This document shows positions 31,699 through 39,102 of a stretch of 64,000 nucleotides of DNA, piece after piece. How positions within the stretch are numbered: the stretch's first letter is position 1; each line of letters begins with the position of its first letter. The translations under genes were made by a program, and so were the position numbers. The notes under the pieces were generated by a model. The model was not told where the DNA came from. It did not search any database and worked only from the letters and a program-made list of their open reading frames with translations. This DNA comes from an uncultured Pelagibacteraceae bacterium (GTDB taxonomy: Bacteria > Pseudomonadota > Alphaproteobacteria > Pelagibacterales > Pelagibacteraceae). Location of the stretch: NCBI GenBank assembly GCA_902577525.1, contig CACGZG010000002.1, positions 19,222-83,221 on the forward strand. The letters are read 5' to 3'.

Positions 31699-31869
31699 AT
31701 GGGTTTAGAAGAAATTATTCCAGCCATCGCTTTAATTGCAGTTTTGATATTGGTGTTTCCTAATTTTTTGGAAACAAATATGAAAAAAAAAATATTTTTT
31801 AAAAATCTAAGTATTTGGGGTATAATTGTATTGTTTCTTGTGATAATTATATACTTCGTCTTTAAATGA
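31699..31869 (+). CDS. Small two-TM hypothetical membrane protein (56 aa)
   Basis: MGLEEIIPAIALIAVLILVF...WGIIVLFLVIIIYFVFK; ATG 2 nt after the dnaJ stop; TGA overlaps the dapB ATG. Confidence 0.65.
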   Translation: MGLEEIIPAIALIAVLILVFPNFLETNMKKKIFFKNLSIWGIIVLFLVIIIYFVFK

Positions 31870-32642
31870 AAAAAATTAATTTAGGCATAACTGGCTGTAT
31901 GGGTCGTATGGGCCAACAAATAATTAAATCTGTTAAATCCGATAAAAATTTTAGATTAGTTGCACTTACTGAGGGAAAAAAAATAAATAATAAAATTAAT
32001 GGAATTAAGATTTCACAAAATACTATTGATGTTTTTAAGAAAACAAACTTGATTATTGATTTTACTATTCCAAAATGTACTTTTGAAATCTTAAAAATTG
32101 CGTCAAAATTAAAAAAAAGAGTAATTATTGGAACTACTGGTTTTAATAAAAAACAAGAAAATTTAATAAAAATTTACGCAAAAAAAATTCCAATTTTAAA
32201 AGCAGGAAATATGAGCTTAGGTATCAATTTGTTAATGTATCTTACTGAAATTGCCTCAGCTTCACTTAATGATACTTTTTTAACCAAGATATCAGAAATT
32301 CACCACAAACATAAAAAAGATTATCCTTCAGGTACTGCCTTAATGCTAGGAAAAGGTATTGCTATCGGTAAGAATAAAAACTTTTACAACTTAATAGGTA
32401 AAAAATATCTTAATAATAAGAAATTTCCATATTCGAAAAAAATCAACTTCAATTCAATAAGAAAAGGAGAAATTATTGGTGAACATGAAGTAAAATTTTC
32501 AAGTGGTAAAGAAATAATCAAATTAAATCATGAAGCTTTTGATAGAGCTTTATATTCTGAGGGTGCATTGTCAGCTGCAAAGTGGCTAATGACAAAAAAA
32601 GCAGGTCTTTATTCTATGAGAGATCTTATGAATTTTAAATAA
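31866..32642 (+). CDS. dapB: 4-hydroxy-tetrahydrodipicolinate reductase
   Basis: GCMGRMG, IGTTG, EIHHKHKKDYPSGTA. Confidence 0.95.
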   Translation: MKKINLGITGCMGRMGQQIIKSVKSDKNFRLVALTEGKKINNKINGIKISQNTIDVFKKTNLIIDFTIPKCTFEILKIASKLKKRVIIGTTGFNKKQENLIKIYAKKIPILKAGNMSLGINLLMYLTEIASASLNDTFLTKISEIHHKHKKDYPSGTALMLGKGIAIGKNKNFYNLIGKKYLNNKKFPYSKKINFNSIRKGEIIGEHEVKFSSGKEIIKLNHEAFDRALYSEGALSAAKWLMTKKAGLYSMRDLMNFK

Positions 32643-33295
32643 TGAATGAGATTCAAAGAGCAAAGATCGTATCTTATAATCTCAACAAAATTTATCCAAA
32701 AATAAATGTTCCTCTTAAAAGTCGAAATGTTTTTACGCTACTAATTTCTGTGCTCTTATCTGCGCAATGTACAGATGTAAATGTAAATAATGTCACAAAA
32801 AATATTTACACTAAATACTACAAACCAGCTCATTTCTTAAAGCTTGGTAGAAAAAAAATTGAAAAGTTAATAAAAAAGATTGGTATTTTTAGAATAAAAG
32901 CAAAAAGTATTTTTCACCTTTCAAAAATATTAGTTGAAAAGTATCATGGAAAAGTTCCAAAAACATTTGAAGAATTAGAAAAACTCCCTGGAGTTGGTCA
33001 TAAAACGGCAAGTGTAGTTATGTCACAAGCGTTTGGACACCCTGCATTTCCCGTTGATACTCATATTCATAGACTTGCTCAAAGATGGGGTCTTACTAAT
33101 GGAAAAAATGTTGTACAAACTGAAAAGGATTTGAAAAGACTTTTTCCAAAAAAAAATTGGAATAAACTTCATTTGCAAATTATTTTTTATGGAAGAGAAT
33201 ATTGTAAAGCAAGAGATTGTTATGGAATAACTTGTAAAATTTGTACTACTTGTTATCCTAAAAGAAAAAAACCTATAATTACAAAAAAAGCTTGA
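32642..33295 (+). CDS. nth: Endonuclease III
   Basis: LLSAQCTD, HhH LPGVGHKTA, VDTH, C-terminal Cys cluster. Confidence 0.93.
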   Translation: MNEIQRAKIVSYNLNKIYPKINVPLKSRNVFTLLISVLLSAQCTDVNVNNVTKNIYTKYYKPAHFLKLGRKKIEKLIKKIGIFRIKAKSIFHLSKILVEKYHGKVPKTFEELEKLPGVGHKTASVVMSQAFGHPAFPVDTHIHRLAQRWGLTNGKNVVQTEKDLKRLFPKKNWNKLHLQIIFYGREYCKARDCYGITCKICTTCYPKRKKPIITKKA

Positions 33296-34224
33296 TGAAA
33301 ATTTTGGGAATTGGAAATGCAATTGTAGATGTTATTTGTAAAGTTGATGATGATTTTATATCAAAAAAAAAACTTACAAAGGGATCAATGAAACTAATAT
33401 TTGATGAAATTGAATTTAAAGAACTATTTACCAATTTAACCATCGAAAAAACAATTTCTGGAGGATCTGTAGCAAATTCAATAGTAGGTTTGTCTCAACT
33501 TGAAAATAATGTTGGTTTTATAGGGAAAATATCTGATGATGAATTTGGTCTTAAGTATGAAGATGGTTTAAAGAGGGAAAATGTAAATTTTCTATACTCT
33601 AAAAAAAAAGAATTATTACCAACTGGTAGCTGTTTAATTTTAATTACCCCAGACTCTGAGAGAACTATGTGTACATTTCTAGGGACTGCTGGTAAGATTA
33701 ATAAAGACGACTTAGACATTAAATCACTAAAAAAAAGTGAAATTATTTTTCTTGAAGGATATTTGTGGGATGAAGGTGACCCAAAACAAGCCTTTGATAA
33801 AGCAATTATTCATGGAAAAAGAGTGGCAATGTCTTTATCTGACCAATTTTGTGTTGACAGGCATAAACCTCACTTTTTAGAGTTGGTTAAGAATAAACTT
33901 GATATAATTTTTGCAAATGAAGGTGAAATCATGTCATTAATTAATGCTAAAAATTTTGATGAGGTTCTCTCTTTTGGTAAGCAAATTAATAAACATTTAG
34001 TAATTACTAGAGGTGATAAGGGAGCTATATCTGTCTATAATGAACAAGTGGTTGAAGTTGGTATTAAGAAAAATCTCAATGTTGTTGATTTAACAGGGGC
34101 AGGGGATTTATTTGCAGCAGGTTATCTGCATGGGTATATCAACGATTTTTCCCAAAAAGAATGCTTGGAAAAAGGAACAGAATTATCATCTATAATAATT
34201 CAAAAAATGGGAGCAAGAATTTAA
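33292..34224 (+). CDS. PfkB-family (adenosine-kinase-like) sugar/nucleoside kinase
   Basis: GIGNAIVD, GGSVANS, ERTM, DLTGAGDLFAAG. Confidence 0.9.
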   Translation: MMKILGIGNAIVDVICKVDDDFISKKKLTKGSMKLIFDEIEFKELFTNLTIEKTISGGSVANSIVGLSQLENNVGFIGKISDDEFGLKYEDGLKRENVNFLYSKKKELLPTGSCLILITPDSERTMCTFLGTAGKINKDDLDIKSLKKSEIIFLEGYLWDEGDPKQAFDKAIIHGKRVAMSLSDQFCVDRHKPHFLELVKNKLDIIFANEGEIMSLINAKNFDEVLSFGKQINKHLVITRGDKGAISVYNEQVVEVGIKKNLNVVDLTGAGDLFAAGYLHGYINDFSQKECLEKGTELSSIIIQKMGARI

Positions 34225-34916
34225 TGAGAGTAATTAATATTTTTCCACTTTCAATTTTTTGCAACAAAATCGTTCTTTCAAATGATAAAAAAGATCAAAT
34301 GATAAGTGAAATTAGAAAGATGAGGGATAATTCCAAAAAAGCAGATTATAAAAAAAAAGGTGATGCTTGGACAGGTGATACACAAGGATTTGAAAATTTA
34401 CAAAAAAATATAATTTTTGATGAATTTTTTTTAGAAGTAAAAAAAAATATTAATGAATATCTAGAACAATTAGCCATTGATATTGATCAATTAGATATCT
34501 TTATACAAAGATCGTGGGCAACTATTTCACACGGAAACGAAACAATAGCTAAACATAAACACATGCAATCACATATATCATTTGCGTATTATCTTAAAAA
34601 AAATTCAAATGATGCAAACTTGATGATTCATGATGAAGTTACGAGAAATGAGATAATTCCTGGGTTATTTGGATCTATTTCCTCTTTAAATCGAAAAGTA
34701 TTAAAAAAAATTAATATATTAAATAGTAGTCAAATTACTATTAATGTTAAAGAAGATGATATCGTTTTTTTTCCATCCAAAACACCTCACTCAACTCAAC
34801 CAACAAACAGTAATGAAGAAAGAATTTCCATTTCAGCTGACATTGTTTGTATAGCTAAAAACTCAGAAACACTTGAACATTTAACACCACCATATGATAA
34901 TTGGAAAAAAATTTAG
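34224..34916 (+). CDS. Putative 2OG-Fe(II) oxygenase-like protein (TIGR02466-type)
   Basis: SWA...HKHMQSHISFAYY...FFPSKTPH...RISIS; likely start MRVINIF overlapping the upstream stop. Confidence 0.7.
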   Translation: MRVINIFPLSIFCNKIVLSNDKKDQMISEIRKMRDNSKKADYKKKGDAWTGDTQGFENLQKNIIFDEFFLEVKKNINEYLEQLAIDIDQLDIFIQRSWATISHGNETIAKHKHMQSHISFAYYLKKNSNDANLMIHDEVTRNEIIPGLFGSISSLNRKVLKKINILNSSQITINVKEDDIVFFPSKTPHSTQPTNSNEERISISADIVCIAKNSETLEHLTPPYDNWKKI

Positions 34917-34925
34917 GTAATAAAA

Positions 34926-35045
34926 TTATTTTTTCTTTCTTTTAAAACTTCCTTTCCCTTTTTTAGGTTTAATAACTCTTTGTTGAAATTTTTTTGAAAA
35001 AAGATTTCGTGCAATTTTATTTCTTTTGATTAATTTGGTAGCCAT
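34926..35045 (-). CDS. arfA: ArfA-like alternative ribosome rescue factor (39 aa), absent from the ORF track
   Basis: Manual translation MATKLIKRNKIARNLFSKKFQQRVIKPKKGKGSFKRKKK*. Matches the ArfA core F-x-QRV-x-K-x-KKGKGS-aromatic-x-RK. Confidence 0.8.
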   Translation of the reverse strand: MATKLIKRNKIARNLFSKKFQQRVIKPKKGKGSFKRKKK

Positions 35046-35589
35046 ATTTTGTGCTTATTATAAAATTTTCGTCGTTAAATTTTTTTTTAATTTTTTTTCT
35101 TAATCTATGAATATGAGTCTCAACAGTATGTGTCTCTAGTTTAGACTGATAACTCCATACGCTTTCTTGTAATTCTTTAATAGTAATTGGCTTATCTTTT
35201 TTTTTTAAATAAATAATTGTATTTATCTCTTTTTCTGTAACATCAAGTTTATCGTTATTTTTCATTAATATTCTTGAGTTGATATCAATAAAGTAGTTTC
35301 CAACTTGAATATGAGATTGTTTGTTAAATTTCTTTTTTAAAAACTCAATATTAATTTTTTCAATAAGATTTGAAAACTTAATAGGAAAATCATTGAAAAT
35401 TAACTTGTTAGTATTTTTCAATCTATCGTTATTTACTAAAATTATATAATCATCAAATTTGTTAAAATCAAAATTTGAAAAATCTTTTTTAGATACATTT
35501 ATTAAGTTAAAATTTAAAAATTCATTTAATTCATTTAAAATGTCATAAAGAGCTTGTGAGTCATAAATCACTAAATTTTGATTTTTCAT
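35017..35589 (-). CDS. OmpR/PhoB winged-helix regulator, CenR-like, with degenerate receiver
   Basis: TEKE...VWSYQSKLETHTVETHIHRLRKKI...GY effector domain; N-terminus short and lacking the canonical Asp/Lys receiver residues. Confidence 0.8.
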   Translation of the reverse strand: MKNQNLVIYDSQALYDILNELNEFLNFNLINVSKKDFSNFDFNKFDDYIILVNNDRLKNTNKLIFNDFPIKFSNLIEKINIEFLKKKFNKQSHIQVGNYFIDINSRILMKNNDKLDVTEKEINTIIYLKKKDKPITIKELQESVWSYQSKLETHTVETHIHRLRKKIKKKFNDENFIISTKYGYQINQKK

Positions 35590-36097
35590 GTATAATTATT
35601 TTATGATAATAGTTTTAAAAAATAAACATATTCTTAAATTAGACGACTTTGAATTAAAGTGTTCTATTGGCAAAAAAGGTATTACAAAAAATAAAATAGA
35701 AGGTGATAAAAAAACACCTAAAGGCATTTTTGAATTAGGTCCACTTTTTTACAGAAAAGACAGAATCAAAAAACCTTTTACAAAAATTAAAAGTTTTATA
35801 ATAAAAAAAAATATGGGTTGGTGTGATGATATTAAAGATAAAAAAAATTATAATAAATTAATTAATATAAAGAAAAAGATGCATCATGAAAAACTTTATA
35901 GAAAAGACATGAAATATGATCTTATATTATTAATAAAATATAATTTTAATAAAAATATTGTTGGGAGAGGGAGTTGTATTTTTTTACATTTAACCAATAA
36001 CTATCAACCTACAGCTGGATGCATTGCTCTTAAAAAAAAAGATTTTTTGATAATGCTAAAATTATTAAATAAAAAATCTAAAATAAAAATTTCTTAG
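35588..36097 (+). CDS. L,D-transpeptidase (YkuD) family protein
   Basis: EGDKKTPKG, GWCDD, IFLH...PTAGCIAL; start may be the ATG at 35603. Confidence 0.85.
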   Translation: MYNYFMIIVLKNKHILKLDDFELKCSIGKKGITKNKIEGDKKTPKGIFELGPLFYRKDRIKKPFTKIKSFIIKKNMGWCDDIKDKKNYNKLINIKKKMHHEKLYRKDMKYDLILLIKYNFNKNIVGRGSCIFLHLTNNYQPTAGCIALKKKDFLIMLKLLNKKSKIKIS

Positions 36098-36753
36098 CTT
36101 CGTTGTCCAAATATATTTGAACCAATTCTCAAAAAAGTAGAAGAATTTTCGACTGCCTCAATAAAATCTGAGGACATCCCCATACTCAATTCAGACAATT
36201 GTAAATGATCATTTAATTTTTTTAACTCTTTAAAAAAAGGTACGGGATTAACATTATTAGGAGGTAAGCACATTAAACCAACAATATCTAAATTAAGTTT
36301 TTGACAATAAAAATGAAAGTTTTCCAATTCTTTTTGATTTAAACCAGATTTTTGGGTTTCATCTCCAATATTTACTTGGATAAATAATTTAATCTTTTTT
36401 TTTTGTTTTTCTTGTTCGTCTGCAATTTTTTTTGCAAGTTTTTCATTATCTACAGAATGGATATAGTCAAATAACTTTACAGCAAATTTAACTTTATTAG
36501 TTTGTAGTTTACCAATTAGATGTAATTTAATATCAGGTTTTTTTAACTTAATTTCAGACCACTTTTCAATAGCTTCTTGTACTTTGTTTTCTCCATAATC
36601 TAAATGCCCATGCTCAATTAAAGGTAAAATTTTTTCTAATTTAAATGTTTTGGAAACTGCAATAATTCTTGGTTGTTTTGGTAAGTTTAAACTCTCTTTT
36701 TTAGATTTTACAAGTTTTTCAATTTGTATTAATTTTTCTATTGAATTATGCAT
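36094..36753 (-). CDS. yggS: PLP homeostasis protein YggS
   Basis: IAVSK, YGENKVQE, HLIGKLQTNK, LSMGMSSD; likely start MHNSIEK at 36753. Confidence 0.93.
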   Translation of the reverse strand: MHNSIEKLIQIEKLVKSKKESLNLPKQPRIIAVSKTFKLEKILPLIEHGHLDYGENKVQEAIEKWSEIKLKKPDIKLHLIGKLQTNKVKFAVKLFDYIHSVDNEKLAKKIADEQEKQKKKIKLFIQVNIGDETQKSGLNQKELENFHFYCQKLNLDIVGLMCLPPNNVNPVPFFKELKKLNDHLQLSELSMGMSSDFIEAVENSSTFLRIGSNIFGQRS

Positions 36754-37290
36754 AAATTTTATCAAAAAAAATACTACTTTATAAGTGAATACGACACAAA
36801 TTTAATTGATAATTTAGATAAATCTGTAAATATAATTTATAGAAACTATCGAAATAAGATAGATATTCAGCAAATACAAAAATTAGGAAATTATTGTAAA
36901 AAAAAAGGAAATAAATTTTATCTGTCTAATAATTTCAAGATCGCTTTAAATCTTAATCTAGATGGTGTTTATTTACCATCGTTTAATAATAGTTACAAAC
37001 ATCTTTCTTATAGTTTAAAAAAAAGTTTCAAAATTATTGGTTCTGCACACTCCTTAAAAGAAACTACAATTAAAAAAAAACAAAAAGTTCAAGATATATT
37101 CATATCCTCAATATTTAAAAAAAATAAAAATTATCTTGGAATAAACAAATTTAAAAAATTGATATCTTTAACAAATTTAAATGTAATTGCCCTTGGCGGA
37201 ATAAATCAAAAAAACTTAAATAAACTAAAGTTAATTAAACTGAAAGGCTTTGCAGGTATTTCTTACTTTAACAAAAAAAAAGGCCCCTAA
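36748..37290 (+). CDS. Thiamine-phosphate-synthase-like (TMP-TENI) protein, short
   Basis: LDGVYLP, IGSAHS, IALGGIN, GFAGIS. Confidence 0.7.
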   Translation: MHKFYQKKYYFISEYDTNLIDNLDKSVNIIYRNYRNKIDIQQIQKLGNYCKKKGNKFYLSNNFKIALNLNLDGVYLPSFNNSYKHLSYSLKKSFKIIGSAHSLKETTIKKKQKVQDIFISSIFKKNKNYLGINKFKKLISLTNLNVIALGGINQKNLNKLKLIKLKGFAGISYFNKKKGP

Positions 37291-37304
37291 AAAGGGGCCC
37301 TTTT
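37273..37304. terminator. Bidirectional intrinsic terminator between the TMP-TENI gene and the porin
   Basis: GGCCCCT-AAAA-AGGGGCC; 9-U tail on the minus (porin) strand, CTTTT on the plus strand. Confidence 0.85.
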
Positions 37305-37324
37305 AAAATTTAATCTAAGCTAGA

Positions 37325-38347
37325 TTAAAACGCAAAAGATACAGATAATTCTGTTTCTTCGTATTTTTTACCAGCAGATCCACCTGCGTTTCCAGTTTCT
37401 GAAAGAGCAGCACCTAAAGTCATAGCACCCATTGTGTAAGTAGCTTGAATTGACTCATTCTGTCTTTCTACAACTGTAGAACCAGCTAATTGGTGATTAG
37501 CAAGAGTTGACTCTCCATAAGATATAGAGAAATTGTCAGCTGCATAAGCAACAGCCCAGAAGTCAGCTTCATTGTCAGCTGCTCCATTAGCACTGTTTTG
37601 ATAAGCTTCTTGGTAACCAACAGATATTGGTCCCGCTGAATATTTAACGTATGCAGTTATGTTATCCTCATCATTACCTGTTGAAGTAGCAGATTTTGTT
37701 CCACCATTTTCAATTGATTCAACACCACCACCAATAGATAAACCACTTTCATGGTCAATCTTTAGTACCATTGCTGTACCAACGACTGATGATACGTTTA
37801 CGCCACCAGCAGTCGTAGAACCTACGTCTGCAGCAGGGTCATAGTCTAATGATGCATTAACTGTTACACCCATTAGTTCCTGTGCAGGAATTGAGTAAGT
37901 TAACGAACCACTTGCTGTTGAGCTACCAAAGAAAGAAGGGTTGTCACCAGCTAAAGCTAATCCATCCCAAGTTTCATTGTATGCAGCAGGCATTACGTCG
38001 TCAATACCATTACCAGCAGCACCAGCTACGTTATTGATTTTAAGTGTACCTAATGATCCCATTCCCACAGTTACTTGTGAAGATGAATTTGACCATGAGC
38101 TATCTGTATTAGCAGCTTGGAAAAAAGCAACAGTAAAACCGTTGTCTAATTCACCAGATGCATTGAAATAAAGGTCAGTGTCAACACCAACACCTTTACC
38201 ATTTAAAGTCTGTGCAGAAGCCGGAGCGTCGATAGATGCATATTTAATTACTGCATCACCAGTCACTGCGTACTCAGTTGCATTAGCACCTGTTACTGCT
38301 AGTGATCCAGCTAGAGCTGTAAGACCTAGTTTTTTTAAGTTATTCAT
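37325..38347 (-). CDS. Outer-membrane porin
   Basis: Signal peptide (LALAGSLAVTGANA-type), amphipathic beta strands, C-terminal Phe (SVSFAF), strong SD AAGGAG, strong terminator. Confidence 0.85.
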   Translation of the reverse strand: MNNLKKLGLTALAGSLAVTGANATEYAVTGDAVIKYASIDAPASAQTLNGKGVGVDTDLYFNASGELDNGFTVAFFQAANTDSSWSNSSSQVTVGMGSLGTLKINNVAGAAGNGIDDVMPAAYNETWDGLALAGDNPSFFGSSTASGSLTYSIPAQELMGVTVNASLDYDPAADVGSTTAGGVNVSSVVGTAMVLKIDHESGLSIGGGVESIENGGTKSATSTGNDEDNITAYVKYSAGPISVGYQEAYQNSANGAADNEADFWAVAYAADNFSISYGESTLANHQLAGSTVVERQNESIQATYTMGAMTLGAALSETGNAGGSAGKKYEETELSVSFAF

Positions 38348-38516
38348 ATTACTCCTTTGTTAATATAATTAATTATATGAATACGCTTAAATACCAATAA
38401 AATGGCTAAAAAATCATTAATTATCTTTAATTTTTGAATTTTTTTATTTAGTGTGGTATTTTTACAACAAAATTATCTTTTGAAATAGCCATTTATTCAG
38501 ATAAACCATCATTTAT

Positions 38517-39083
38517 ATGACTTTTATCAAAAAAGCCCAAAATTTATTTATAACGCTCTTTTTTTTACTTTTAAGTGGATGTGGAGGTTTTTCAGATATT
38601 GATTGGTCTAAACGAGGTGAGGTAAGTGGTAAAGAAAGAGCAAGAAAAAATGTACAAGAAGGTAGAGGAATATCTTTAGGCAATATAGGAAAAAGTGAAA
38701 CGAACTTTTTATTTGCCTCTTCAAATCCTTTATGGAGAGCATCTCTAGAAACCATAGATTTTATGAGTTTATCAAGCGTAGATTATGCTGGAGGTCTGAT
38801 CATAACAGACTGGTATAACGAAGGATCTGCTGATGAAGCAGTAAAAATTACAATAACTTTTTTGTCTAACGAAATAAGAGCTGATGGGTTGGTTATAGAT
38901 ATTAGAAAAAGAAATTGTAATCAGAATAATCAATGCATCACAAAAAAAATTGATAGTGATCTTAATTTAAAAATCAAAGATAAAATTTTAAGAAGAGCGG
39001 CAGTTTTAGATAAAGAGTTAAAAGAAAAAAAAAGGAAAAAACGACCAAAACAACTTTATCCTGATCCTGCAAATACAAACTAA
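38517..39083 (+). CDS. DUF3576-like lipoprotein
   Basis: Lipobox LLSGC, NPLWRASLETIDFM, GGLIITDWY; upstream of leuS. Confidence 0.8.
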   Translation: MTFIKKAQNLFITLFFLLLSGCGGFSDIDWSKRGEVSGKERARKNVQEGRGISLGNIGKSETNFLFASSNPLWRASLETIDFMSLSSVDYAGGLIITDWYNEGSADEAVKITITFLSNEIRADGLVIDIRKRNCNQNNQCITKKIDSDLNLKIKDKILRRAAVLDKELKEKKRKKRPKQLYPDPANTN

Positions 39084-39102
39084 TAACTCTTAAAGAGGAT
39101 AT

